Assembly: GCA_027923505.1 (NCBI GenBank)
Contig: BROI01000041.1
Span: 1 to 64,000 of the forward strand
DNA length: 64,000 nt
Direction: 5' to 3'
Source of the DNA: Mayamaea pseudoterrestris
Taxonomy: Eukaryota
In this document: one piece after another, positions 14,701 to 28,362 of the stretch
Layout: each line of letters starts with the position of its first letter
Numbering within the stretch: the first letter of the stretch is position 1
Notes under the pieces: generated by a model
Databases searched by the model: none
Seen by the model: the letters and a program-made list of their open reading frames with translations, nothing else
What the model was told of the DNA's origin: nothing
Position numbers and translations under genes: made by a program

Positions 14701-15090
14701 CATGGCATCTGCGGGCTGAGACTGGTGACAAGTTGTCACCAAATACATTGCCAATCCCTGAGACACCAGCCAAGCCTACCATCTTGTAGCATAGCCTGAA
14801 TAATGACGTTGGCACGATTCTGGAGTATTTTGGGCACCCACAGGGCTTGCTGTAGGGGCGTTTGAATGTCATGGCATCTGCGGGCTGAGACTGGTGACAA
14901 GTTGTCACCAAATACATTGCCATTCCCTGAGATACCAACCAAGCCTACCATCTTGTAGCGCAGCCTGAATAATGAGGTTGGCACCATTCTGGTTGTAATT
15001 TGGGCACCTACAGGGCTTGCTGTATGGGCATTTGAATGTCAATGGCATCTGGTGCGAGCTGAGACTGGTGACAAGTTGTCACCAAATACA
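5705..15090 (+). repeat. SatA tandem satellite, 169-bp monomer, ~55 highly homogeneous copies
   Basis: Monomer GGCACCTACAGGGCTTGCTGTAGGGGCGTTTGAATGTCACGGCATCTGCGGGCTGAGACTGGTGACAAGTTGTCACCAAATAC... recurs. ORF-track offsets 5713/5882/6051/6220 give 169 bp. Confidence 0.98.
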
Positions 15091-18000
15091 CATAGCCTTA
15101 GCCATGAGCCAGCCTGCTTCAATTTCTCTGTTTGGTAGGCATGCTTGAAGAATGGATGTTGGCAATCCATTCCAGTGTGCCCTTTGCACACCCTACAGGG
15201 TAAAATGCCAGGGCGTTTGAATTCAATGGGTTGATCAACAAGCTGCCACCCAATACATTGCACTGAGACACTCAGCATAGCCTCATCTGAGCACACTGCT
15301 TGAATAATGATGTTGGCACTCTGCGTTTTGGGCACTATAGGGTTCTGCTGTAGGGCGTATGATTGCACGGCATTCTTCAAAATGGTATACCTTTACAAAC
15401 CCCTCCAGAAAATGACGTGGGGTTGGTTTTGGCTTGGTTCAGCTTCCAATACAAACACGCTCAACAGCCATAGCCATGAGCTAGCCTGCTTCAATATGAG
15501 TCTCCCTGCGGTTGCTAGGCATGCATAAAAGATCCAGGTTGAGGAGAACCATTCAATGGTATACCTTCAAACCCTCCAGTGAAATGACCTTGGGGTTGGG
15601 TTCAGCAATGGTTTCAGCTATCAAATAAACACACTCAATAGCCCTAGCCATGGGCCAGCCTGTTAATATGAGTCTCTGCGGTTGCTAGGCATGGCATAAA
15701 ATGCAGGATGTGCAATCCATTTCAATGGTTTACCTTCAAACCCTCCAGGAAAATGACGCTGGGTTACAGCAATGAGGTTTCAGCTATTCAAATACAAAAC
15801 ACACTCAATAGCCCCCTAGCTCATGGGCCAGCCTGCTTCAATATTATGGTCTCTGCGGTTTGCCTAGGCAGGCATAAAGGATGCCGGATGTGCAATCCCA
15901 TTCAATGGTATACCTTCCACACCCTAGTATAATGACTGGGGTTGGGTTCAGCAATGGTTTCAGCTTGTTCAAATAAAACACACTCAATAGTCCTAGCCAC
16001 GGGCCAGCCAGATTCAATATGTGTCTCTGCAGTTGCTAGGCACGCATTAAGGATACAAAATGTGCAATCCATTCAATGGTATACCTACAACTCCTCCAGG
16101 AAGATGACCGGGGTTGGGTTTGGCATGGGTCCAGCTCCTCAAATTTAAACACACTCAATAGCCATAGCCATGAGCCAGCCTGCTTCAATATGAGTCTCTG
16201 CAGTTGCTAGGCATGAATTAAAGGATGCAGGAAGTACAATCCACATTCACCAATGGTATACCTTCACCCTTCAGTAAAAATGACCGGGGTTGGTTTCAAG
16301 CAATGGTTTTCCTTTTCCAATACGAAACACACTCAAAGCCATAGCCATAGAGCCTGCTTCCAATATGGTCTGCGGTTGCTAACTAGGCATGCACTATAGT
16401 CTGGGATGGGGTGTCATTCCAATGCCTTCCCCTCCAGTAAAATGCCGGGGTTGGGTGCAATGGGTTCAGCGTTCCAATACAAACTGCCACCTAGCCATGG
16501 CCATGAGCCAGCCTGCTTCAATATGAGTCTCTGCGTTTGCTAGGCATGCATAAAGGATGCAAGGATGGCGATCCATTCAATGGTATACCTACACCCTCCA
16601 GTAAAATGGCCCGGGTTGGGTTCAGCAATGTTTTCAGCTATTCAAAAATAAAACACTCAATAGCCCTAGCCATGAGGCAGTCTGCTTCGATATGGTCGCT
16701 GCGGTTTGCCCCTAGGCATGCGCGGGGGATGCAGGATGTGCAATCCCATTCAATGGTATACCTTCCAAACCCTAGTAAAATGCGGGCTGGGTTCAGCTAG
16801 CAAGTTTCAGCTATTCAAATACAAAACACATAGCCATAGTCATGAGCCGGCCTCTTCAAAGGTCTCTGCGGTTGCTAGGCATGGCATAAGGATGCAGGAT
16901 GTGCAATCATACAAATTCCCTTCAAACCCTCCAAGGTAAAATGACTGGGTTGGGTTCCAATGGTTTCAGTTATTTAGATACAAGCACACCAAAGCCATCA
17001 TGAGCCAGCCTGCTTCAATATAGAGTCTCTGTGGTTGCTTTCGGCATGCATAAAGGATGCAAGGATGTGCAATCCATTCAATGGTATTATCCTTCCCAAG
17101 TTGGGTTCAGCAGTGGTTTGAGCCTGATTCAAATAAACACTCAATAGCCTAGCCATGGAGCCGGCCTGCTTCAATATGAGTCTCTGCAGTTTGCTAGGCG
17201 TGCATAAAGGATGCAGGATGTAGCAATCCATTCCAATGGTATACCTTACACCCTCGAGTATAATGACCGGGGTTGGGTTCAGCAATGGTTTTCCAGTTGT
17301 TTAATACAAACACACACTCAATAGCCATGGCCATGAGGCCAAGCCTGCTTCAATATGAGGTCTCTGCAAGGATGCAGGATGTTGCAATCCATTCAATGGT
17401 ATACCTTCCAAACTCTCCAGCAAAATGACCGGGGTTGGGTTCAGCAATGGTTTCAGCTATTCCAATACAATCACACTCAAGCCATAGATGTAGGCCAGCC
17501 TGCTTCAATATATGCGTCTCTGCGGTTTCAGGCATGTGCATAAAGGATGCAGGGTGTGAGAACTCCATTATGGTGTACCTTCACACCCTCCAGTAAAAAT
17601 GACCGGGGTTGGGGCTTCAGCAAGTGGTTTGTCAGCTGTTCCAATGACACACACTTAATAGCCATAGCCATGAGCCAGCCTGCTTCAATATGAGTCTCCC
17701 GCGGTTTGTACAGCGATTAAAGTGCAGGGATATTGCAATCCCATTCCAATGGTATACCTTCCCCAGTAAAATGACCCGGGGTTGGGTTCGGCATGGGTTC
17801 AGCTATTCAATTAAACACACTCAAGTAGCCATAGCCATGGGCCAGCCTGCTTCAATATGAGTCTTCTGCGGTTGCTGGGCCATTAAGGATGCAGGATGTG
17901 CAATCCATTCAATGGCATACCTTCAAACCCTCCAGTATAATGACCGGGGTTGGGTTCCTTTCAGCATTCGGTTATTCAGTAGAAACACACTCAATAGCCA

Positions 18001-21000
18001 TAGCCATGATGCCTGTTTTAAATGGTGTCTGCGGTTCTAGGCGGCATAAAGTAGGATGGTGCAATCCATTCAATGTTATGCCTCACCTCTCGGCAAGCGG
18101 GGTTGGGTTTGTTGAAAACTTTCATAAGCCATTAGTAAGTGTTCGTGTTTCCGGCGCTCATGCCCGCCAGCCACCATGAGCCAGCCTGCTTCAATGTGGG
18201 TCTCTGTGTTTTCTAGGCATGCATAAAGATGCAGGATTGCAATCCATTCAATGGTATACCTTCAAACCCTCCAGTAATAATGACCGGGGTTGGGTTCTAA
18301 TAATGGTTTTCAGTTATTCAAATACAAACACACTCAGCCCATGGCCATGAGCCAGCCTGCTTCAATATGAGTCTCTGCGTTTGCTAGGCATGCGATAAAA
18401 GGATGCCAGGATGTAGCAATCCATTCAATGGTATACCTTCCACCCTCCAGTATAAGGACCGGGGTTGGAGTTCAGCAATGGTTTCCAATACAAACACACT
18501 CAATAGCCATAGCCATGAGCCGTCTCATAGCTTAATCTGAGTCTCATGCTGCTCAAGCACATTATAGATGTAGGATGTGTGCAATCTCATTCAATGCTGC
18601 CTTCCCCCTCCAGTAAAATGACCGGGGTTGGGTTCGGCCATGGTCAGGTCTCCCAATCCAATCACACTCAAGCCATGGCCTGGGCGCTTCAATATGAGTC
18701 TCTGCGAGTTTGCTGAGCGTACATAAAGGATGCAAAATTTACCAATCCATTCATAAGTATATCTTCAAACCCTCCAGTAAAAATGACTGGGGTTGGGTTC
18801 AATGGTTTCAGTTATTCAAATACAAACACACTCAATAGCCAAAAACCATGTGCCAGCCAGCTTCAATATGAGTCTCTGCGGTTGCTGAGCATGCATAAAG
18901 GATGCAGGATGTGAGAACCATTCAGAATTATGCCTACCTGGACCCTCCAGTAAAATGACTGGGGTTGGGTTCAGCATAATAGTTGAGCTGTTCAAATACA
19001 AACACACTCCAAAAGCCCCTGCCATGAGTCAGCCTGCTTCATATGAGGTTCCTTTTCCGCGGTTGCTGGGCATGCTATAAAGGATGCAGGATGTGCAGTC
19101 CCATTCCCAAAATTTATACCTACAAGACCCTCCAGTAAAAACTGACCCGGCTGGGTTCAGATGTTCAGCCTAACACTCAAAAGCCATAGTCATGATGCCA
19201 GCCTGCTTCAATATGAGTCTCTGCGGTTGCTATGCATGCATAAAGGATGCAGGATTTGCAATCCATTCAATGATATACCTTCAAACCCTCCAGAGTAAAC
19301 ATGACCGGGGTTTGGGTTCAGCAATGGTTTCAGCTACTCAAATACAAACACACTCAACAGCCCCAGCCATGAGGCAGCCAGCTTTAATATGAGTCTACTG
19401 CGGTTGGGCTAAGGCATGCATAAAAGATGGGATGTGCAATCCCATTCCATGATATGGCCTTCTTACCCACTCAGTAAAATGACCGGGGTTGGGTTCAGCA
19501 ATGGTTTCAGCTATTCAAATACAAACACACCTAGTAGCAGTGCTTATTGAGTCTCTGTGGTTGCTTTAGAAGCATCTAAAGGGATGCCAGGCTGTGCAAT
19601 CCCATTCAATGTTATACCTTCAAACCCTCAGTAAAAATGACTGGGGTTGCGGTTCAGCAATGGTTTTCCAGCTATTCAAATACAAACACACATCAATAGC
19701 CCATAAGCCATGAGCCAGCCTGCTTCAATATAGAGTCTCTGCGGTTGCTAGGCATGCACTAAAGGATACAGGATTTGCAATCCATTCAATGGTATACCCA
19801 AACCCTTCAGTAAAATGACCAGTTAGCTCAGTGGTGAACACATAGCCATAGAGCCAGCCTGCTAATATGAGTTCTCTGCGGGTTGCTAGGGCATTACAAA
19901 CAGGATGTGGGTGATGTTAATCCATTCAAAAATTATACCTACAAACAAATGACCGGGGTTGGGTTTTACATGGGTTTCAGCTGCTCAAATACAAACACAC
20001 ACTCAAACAGCCATAGCCATGAGCCAGCCTGCTTCAATATGAGTCTCTGCGGTTGCTAGGCATGCGTAAAGGATGTAGGATGTGCAATCCATTCCATTGG
20101 TATACCTTCAAACCCTCCAGTAAAATAACCGTGGGTTGGGTTCAGCAATGGTTTCAGCTACATTCAAATCCAAACACACTCAATAGCCATAGCCATGAGC
20201 AGCCTGCTTCGATATGAGTCTCTGCGGTTGCTAGGCATGCAATAAAGGTGCAGGATGTGCAATCCATTCAATGGTATACCTTCAAACCCTCCAGTAAAAT
20301 GACCGGGTTGGGTTCAATGGTTTCAGCATCAAATACAAAACACACTCCATAGCCATAGCCATGAGGCAGCCTGCTTCAATATGAGTCTCTGCGGTTGCTA
20401 GGCATGGCATAAAGGATGCAGGATGTGCAGTCCATTCAATGGTATACCTTCAAACCCTCCAGTAAAATGACCAGGGTTGGGTTCAGCAATGGTTTCAGCG
20501 ACTCAAATACAAACACACTCAATGGCCATGTGCCAGCCAGCTTCAATCTGAGTCTTTGCAGTTGCTAGGCATGCATGAAGGATGCAGGATATGCAGTCCA
20601 TTTAATGGTATACCTTCAAACCCTCCAGTAAAATGACTGGGGCTGGGTTCAGCAATGGTTTCAGCTTATTCAAATACAAACACACTCAATAGCCATAGCC
20701 ATGAGCCAGCCTGCTTCAATATGAGTCTCTGCGGTTGCTAGGGACATGCATAAAAGATGCAGGATGTGCAATCCAATCAATGGTATACCTTCACACCCTC
20801 CAGTAATATGACCGGGTTGGGTTCAGCAATGGTTTCAGCTATTCAAATACAAACACACTCAATAGCCATAGCCATGAGCCAGCCTGCTTCAATATGAGTC
20901 TCTGCGGTTGCTAGGCATGCATAAAGGATGCAGGATGTGCAAACCATTCCATGGTATACCTTCAAACCCTCCAGTAAAATGACCGGGGTTGGGTTCAGCA

Positions 21001-23892
21001 TGGTTTCAGTTATTCAAATACAAACACACTCAAAAGCCATAGCCATGAGCCAGCCTGCTTCAATATGAGTCTCTGCGGTTGCTAGGCATGCATAAAGGAT
21101 GCAGGATGTGCAATCCATTCAGAATTGGTATACTTCAAACCCTCCAGTAAAATGACCGGGGTTGGGTTCAGCAATGGTTTCAGCTTTCAAATACAAACAC
21201 ACTCAATAGCCCTAGCCATGAGCCAGCCGCTTCAATATGAGTCTCTGCGGTTGCTAGGCAGCAAAAGATGCAGGATGTGCAATCCATTCAATGGTATACC
21301 TTCAACCCTCCAGTAAAATGACCGGGGTTGAGTTCAGCAATGGTTGACCTGTTCAAATACAAACACACTCAATAACCCTAGCCATAAGCCAGCCTGCTTC
21401 AATATGAGTCTCTGCGGTTGCTAGGCATGAATAAAAGATCCAGGATGTGCAATCCATTCAATGGTTTACCTTCAAACCCTCCAGTAAAATGACCGGGGTG
21501 GGGTTCAGCAATGGTTTCAGCTATTTAAATACAAACACACTCAACAGCCCTAGCCATGAGCCAGCCTGCTTCAATATGAGTCTCTGCGGTTGCTAGGCAT
21601 GGTTTAAAGATGCAGGTTGTGCAATCCATTCAATGGTATTCCTTCAAACCCTCCAGTAAAAAGACTGGGTTGGGTTCAGTCATGGATTCAGCTATTCAAA
21701 TACAAACACCCTCATTAGCCAAAGCCATGAGCCAGCCTGTTTCAATATGAGTCTCTGCGGTAGCTAGGCATGCATAAAGGATTGGGATGTGCAATCCCAT
21801 TCAATGTTATACCTTAAACCCTCCAGTAAAATGACTGGGTTGGGTTCAGCATGGTTTCAGCTATTCAAATACAAACACACTCAATAGCCATAGCCATGAG
21901 CCAGCCTGCTTCAATATGAGTCTCTTGTGGTTGCTAAGCATGCATAAAGGATGCAGGATGTGCAATCCAGTCAATGGTATACCTTCACACCCTCCAGTAA
22001 AATGACCTGGGGTTGGGTTCAGCATGGTTTCAGCTATTCAAATACAAACACACTCAATAGCCATAGCCAGTGAGCCAGCCTGCTTCAATATGAGTCTCTG
22101 CGGTTGCTAGGCATGCATAAGGATGCAGGATGTGCAATCCATTCAATGGTATCACCTTCAAACCCTCTAGTAAAATGACCGGGGTTGGGTTCAGCAATGG
22201 TTTAAGCTATTCAAATACAAACACACTCAATAGCCATAGCCATGAGCCAGCCTGCTTCAATATGAGTCTCTGCGGTTGCTAGGCATGCATAAAGGATGCA
22301 GGATGTGCAATCCATTCAATGGTATACCTTCACACCCTCCAGTAAAATGACCAGGGTTGGGTTCAGCAATGGTTGAGCTGTTCAAATACAAACACACTCA
22401 ATAGCCATAGCCATGAGCAAGCCTGCTTTAATATGAGTCTCTGCGGTTGCTAGGCATGCATAAAGGATGCAGGATGTGCAATCCATTCAATGGTATACCT
22501 ACAAACCCTCCAGTAAAATGACCGGGGTTGGTTCAGCAATGAGTTACAGCTATTCAAATACAAACACACTCAATAGCCATAGCCATGAGCCAGCCTGTTT
22601 CAATATGAGTCTCTGCGGTTTCTAGGCATGGATTGATGATGCAGGATGTGCAATCCATTCAATGGTATACCTTCAAAGTCTCCAGTAAAATGACTGGGGT
22701 TGGGTTCAGCAATGGTTTCAGCTATTCAAATACAAACACACTCAATAGCCATAGCCATGAGCCAGCCTGCTTCAATATGAGTCTCTGCGGTTGCTAGGCA
22801 TGCATAAAGGATGCAGGATGTGCAATCCATTCAAAGGTATACCTTCAAACCCTCCAGTAAAATGACCGGGGTTGGGTTCAGCAATGGTTACAGTTATTCA
22901 AATACAAACACACTCAATAGCCATAGCCATGAGCCAGCCTGCTTCAATATGAGTCTCTGCGGTTGCTAGGCATGCATAAAGGATGCAGGATGTGCAATCC
23001 ATTCCATGGTAAACCTTTAAACCCTCCAGTAAAATGACCGGGGTTGGGTCCAGTGATGGTTTCAGCTATTCAAATACAATCACACTCAATAGCCATAGCC
23101 ATGAGCCAGCCTGCTTCAATATGAGTCTCTGCGGTTGCTAGGCATGCATAAAGGATGCAGGATGTGCAATCTATTCAATGGTATACCTTCACACCCTCCA
23201 GTAAAATGACCGGGGTTGGGTTCAGCAATGGTTTTCAGCTGTTCAAATACAAAACACACTCAATAGCCATAGCCATGAGCCAGCCTGCTTCAATATGAGT
23301 CTCTGCGGATGCTAGGGCATGCATAAAGGATGCAGGATGTGCAATCCATTCCATGGTATACCTTCAACCCTCCAGTAAATGACCGGGTTGGGTTTAGGAA
23401 TGGTTTCAGCTACTTATTAACAAACACACTCAATAGCCATAGCCATGAGCCAGCCTGTTTCAAAATGAGTCTCTGCGGTTGCTAGGCATGCAAAAAAGAA
23501 TGCAGGATGTGCAATCCGTTCAATGGTATACCTTCACACCCTCCAGTAAAATGACTGGGGTTGGGTTCAGCAATGGTTGAGCTGTTCAAATACAAACACA
23601 CTCAATAGCCCTAGCCATGAGGCAGCCTGCTTCAATATGAGTCTCTGCGGTTGCTAGGCATGCATAAGGGATGTAGGAAGTGCAATCCATTCAATGGTAT
23701 ACCTTCCACACCCTCCAGTAAATGACCGGGTTGGGTTCGCAATGGTTTCAGCTTATCCAAAATCCAAAACACACTCAATAGCCATAGCCATGAGCCGAGC
23801 CTGCTTCAATATGAGTCTTCGTAGAAGTGCATAAAGGATGCAGGATGTGCAATCCATTCATGGTATACCTTCGCAAACCCCTCCAGTATGAC
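15091..23892 (+). repeat. SatB tandem satellite, 172-bp monomer, ~50 copies (left part indel-rich; 15091-15400 is an A/B hybrid)
   Basis: Monomer GCCATAGCCATGAGCCAGCCTGCTTCAATATGAGTCTCTGCGGTTGCTAGGCATGC... starts at 22748, 22920 and 23092 (period 172). Confidence 0.96.
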
Positions 23893-23906
23893 GTGTCTAG
23901 CACAAA

Positions 23907-26900
23907 AGACACCAGCCAGGCATACCATTTTGTGCGCAGCCTGAATTATGTGTTGCATTCTGGTGTCATTGGGTGTGGGCATCCGCCGTGGGGGGGTTTT
24001 TTGTGTCCGGCAGTGCCGGCTGAGACTGGTGACAAGTTGTCACCAACATTTATGCCCATCCCAGCCAGGCCTACCATCTTGTTTCGCCAGCCTGAACAAA
24101 TGATGTTGGCGCCATTCTGGTGTTTTGGGTCTCGGGCTAGCGTCTTTTTGGTTGCATGTAAGAGCTGGTGACAGTTGTCACAAATTACGTATTGCCGTCC
24201 CCTGAGACACCAGCCACGCATACCATCACGAAGCACCGCCTGAATAATGATGTTGGCACCATTCGTGTGTCTTGGGGTGCACCTACAGGGCCTGCTGTGG
24301 GCGTTTGAATGTCAAGGCATCAGCGAGGCTGAGACTGGTGACAAGTTGTCACCAAATACTTGCCGTCCCCTGAGACACCAGCCAGGCCTACCATCTGGTT
24401 TCACGGCCTGTATAATGTGTTGGCACCATTCGGTGTATTTGGGTGCTGCTTGCTGGCAGGGGCGTTTGAATGTACGGCTTCTGCGGGCTGAGACTGGTGA
24501 CAAGTTGTCACCAAATACATGCCGTCCCTGAGACACCAGCCAGGCCTACCGTATCTTGTAGCGCAGCCTGAAAAATGATGTTGGCGGCATTCTGGTGTCT
24601 GGGTGCTCCTACAGGGCCTGCTGCGGGGGCGTTTGAATGTCACGATCTGCGGGCTGAGACTGACAAGTTGTCACCAAATACATTTAGTGAGACACCAAAG
24701 CCAGGCCTACCATCTTGTTGCGCAGCCTGATGCTAATGATTTTGGCACCATTCTGGTGTCATTTTGGGGCACCTCCATGGCTTGCTGTAGTGGCGTTTGA
24801 ATGTCACGGGCATCTGCAGGCTGAGACGCCTGGTGACAGGTTGTCACCAAATTCATTGCCATCCCCTGAGACACCGTAGCCAAGCCTACCATCTTGTCGC
24901 GCAGCCTGAATAATGATGTTGGCACATTCTGGTTTTTGGGCACCTACAGGCCTTGCTGTAGGGGTGCTTTGAATGTCACGGCATCTGCGCGGGCTGAGAC
25001 TGGTGACAAGTTGTCACCAAATACATTGCCATCCCCTGAGACACCATCCAAGCCTACCATCTTGTAGCGCAGCCTGAAAAATGATGGTTGGAGCAGCATT
25101 CTGTGTAATTTGGTGTATACATGGCATGTTATAGGGGGCAATTATACGTCAGCATCTGCAGGCTGAGACTGGTGACAAGTTGTCACCAAATACATTGCCA
25201 TCGCCAGTGACACCAGCCAAGTCTACCATCTTGTGGCGCGCCTGAAAAATGATGTTGGCACCATTCTGGTGTAATTTTGGACACCTACATGGCCTGCTGT
25301 AGGGGTGTTTGAATGTCATGGCTCGGCAGACTGAAGACTGGTGACAAGTTGTCACCAAATACATTGCCATCCCCTGAGACACCACGCCAGGCCTACCATC
25401 TTGTCGCGCAGCCTGAATAATGATGTTGGCAGCATTCTGGTGTTTTTGGGGCACCTCCAGGGCTTGCTGTAAGGGCGTTTGAATGTCAAGGCATCTGCAG
25501 GCTGAGACTGGTGACAAGTTGTCACCAAACACATTGCCATCTCCTGAGACACCATCCAAGCAAACCATCTTGTAGCGCAGCCTGAATAATGATGTTGGCA
25601 TCATCTGGTGATTTGGGTGTATGCATGGCTTGCTGTAAGGGCGCTTGAATGTCAAGGCATCCGCGGGCTGAGAATGGTGACAAGTTGTCACCAATCACAT
25701 TCCAGTCTACGGAGACACCAAGCGAGCATACCATCTTGTAGCGCAGCCTCAATAATTTTGTTGGCACCATTCTGGTGTACTTTGGGTGTATACATGGCTT
25801 GCTGTAGGGGCGCTTGAATGTCAAGGCATCCATGGGCTGAGACTGGTGACAAGTTGTCACCAATATGATTGCAGTCCACTGAGACACCATCCAAGCATAC
25901 CATCTTGTAGCGCAGCCTGATTAATGATGTTGGCACCACTATACATGGCTTGCTGCTATAGGGGCGTTTGATTGTCACGGCATGTGTGGGCGGAGACTGG
26001 TGACAAGTTGTCACCAAACACATTGCAGTCTACTGAGACACTAGCCAGTCAACTTATCTTGTAGCGCACCTGAAAAAGGGATGTTGGCACCATTCTGGTG
26101 TATTTTGGTGCACACATGGCTTGCTGTAGGGGCGTTTGAATGTCAAGGCATCTGCGGGCTGAGACTGGTGACAAGTTGTCACCAATATGATTGCAGTCTA
26201 CTGAGACACCATCCGAGCATACCATCTTGTAGCGCAGCCTGAATAATGATGTTGGCACCATTCTGGTGTGATTTGGGTGTATACATGGCTTGCTGTAGGG
26301 GCGTTTGAATGTCACGGCATCTGGGGGCTAAGACTGGTGACAAGTTGTCACCAAATACATTGCCATCCCCTGAGACACCAGTCAAGCATTTCATCGTGTA
26401 GCGCATACTGAATAATGATGTTGCCACATTTCTGGTGTATTTTGGGCACCTACAGGGCTTGCTGTAGGGGCGTTTGAATGTCACGGCATCTCGGGCTGAG
26501 ACTGGTTACAAGTTGTCACCAAATACATTACCGTCACCTGAGACACCAGCCAAGCCTACCATCTTGTAGCGCAGCCTGAATAATGATGTTGGCACCATTC
26601 TGGTGTGATTTGGGTACCTACAGGGCTTGCTGTAGGGGCGTTTGAATGTCACGGCATCTGCGGGCTGAGACTGGTGACAAGTTGTCACCAATACCATTGC
26701 CATCCGCTGAGACACCAGCCAAGCCTACCATCTTGTATCGCAGCCTGAATGATGATGTTGGCACCATTCTGGTGTGATTTGGGTGTATATGTGGCATGTT
26801 ATATGGGCATTTGATTGTCCCGGCATCTGCAGGCTGAAACTGGTGACAAGTTGTCACCAATCACATTGCAGTCTATTTTGACACCAGCCAAGCCTACCAT

Positions 26901-27967
26901 CTTGTAGCGCAGCTTGAATAATAATGCTGGCACCATTCTTGTGTGATTTTGGGCACTACAGGGCTTGCTGTAGGGGCGTTTGAATGTCAAGGCATCTGCG
27001 GGCTGAGACTGGTGATAAGTTGTCACCAATCACATTGCAGTCTACTGAGACCCCAGCCAAGCATACCATCTTGTTGCGTAGCCTGAATAATGATGTTGGC
27101 ATCATTCTGGTGTGATTTTGGGACACATGGCTTGCTGTAGGGGTGTTTGAATGTCATGGCATCCGATGGCTAGACTGGTGACAAGTTGTCACCTTGCCGT
27201 CTACTGTGACACCATCCAAGCATACCATCTTGGCCGCAGCCTGAAAAATGATGTTGGCAACATTCTGGTGTAATTTGGGTGTATACATGGCTTGCTGTAG
27301 GGGCGTTTATATGTCACGGCATCTGTGGGCTGAGACTGGTGACAAGTTGTCACCAAATACATTGCCTTCCCCTGAGACACCAGCCAAGCATACCAGCTTG
27401 TAGAGCAGCCTGATTAATGATGTTGGCATTATTCTGGTGTGATTTGGGTGTATGCATGGCTTGCTGTAGGGGCGTTTGAATGTCAAGGCATCTGCGGGCT
27501 GAGACTGGTGACAAGTTGTCACCAAATACATTGCCATCCCCTGAGACACCAGCCAAGCATACCATCTTGTTGCGCAGCCTGAATAATGATGTTGGCATCA
27601 TTCTGGTGTGATTTGGGTGTATACATGGCTTGCTGTAGGGGCGTTTGAATGTCAAGGCATCTGCGGGCTGAGACTGGTGATAAGTTGTCACCAATCACAT
27701 TGCAGTCTTCTGAGAGCCCAGCCAAGCATACCATCTTGTTGCGCAGCCTGGATAATGATGTTGGCATCATTCTAATGTGATTTGAGTGTATACATGGCTT
27801 GCTGTAGGGGCGTTTGAATGTCAAGGCATCTGCGGGCTGAGACTGGTGACAAGTTGTCACCAATATGATCGCCGGCGTCAAGCCAAGCATACCATCTTGT
27901 TGCGCAGCCTGAATAATGATGTTGGCATCATTCGGGTGTGATTTGGGTGTATGCATGGCTTGCTGTA
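23907..27967 (+). repeat. SatA array, diverged subfamily, ~24 copies
   Basis: Same 169-bp unit with recurring variants (GTGATTTGGGTGTATACATGGC, AATCACATTGCAGTCTACTGAG). It ends at the copia LTR. Confidence 0.95.
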
Positions 27968-28362
27968 TAACACCGTTGACGATTTCGCAGTCAACGTCTT
28001 ACCTCCAAAAAGCTCCGATACAGGGTCCTTGGCCACGGTCTGTACAGCTCTTGATGGAGATGGCTCGTCGAATAGTCTTGCGCTCGCCACTACACGAATA
28101 CGACTGCACTCTCGTCGCAAACTAGTAGTTCTATATTGTGAGCTTATCGCTACATCGCTACATCGACCACTCGGAAGATCATCCGATCAATCCGTTTCTT
28201 TCAATCACATTACATCAGTCGTAACTGGTCGTTCCATTCATACAACGCATCCACACGACGGTTGCGCACTTTCTTCATTCACATGTCACATACGACAGCT
28301 GCGGACTCGACACAAGCTAATTAGGGTTCGGGCTCTTGACTTCGCCGCTCTGCGACTTGTCA
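27968..28362 (-). repeat. 3' LTR, copia family 2 copy 1 (395 bp)
   Basis: Direct repeat of 34292-34686. The minus strand reads TGACAAG...CGGTGTTA. Confidence 0.95.

Noticed and set aside
5713..14987. Dozens of 88-aa ORFs (MSQGMAMYLVTT...) as a tandem gene family
   Set aside because: They are a by-product of the 169-bp period, which is not a multiple of 3. Many start at non-ATG codons, overlap each other and break freely.
5705..15090. CRISPR array (regular palindromic repeats)
   Set aside because: The sequence between palindromes is repeated too, so there are no unique spacers. There are no cas genes and the context is eukaryotic retroelements.
15091..23892. SatB or SatA as 5S rRNA, tRNA or telomeric arrays
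   Set aside because: No recognisable 5S/tRNA sequence or A/B boxes. GGGTT/AACCC occur only as isolated motifs, not as tandem telomere repeats.
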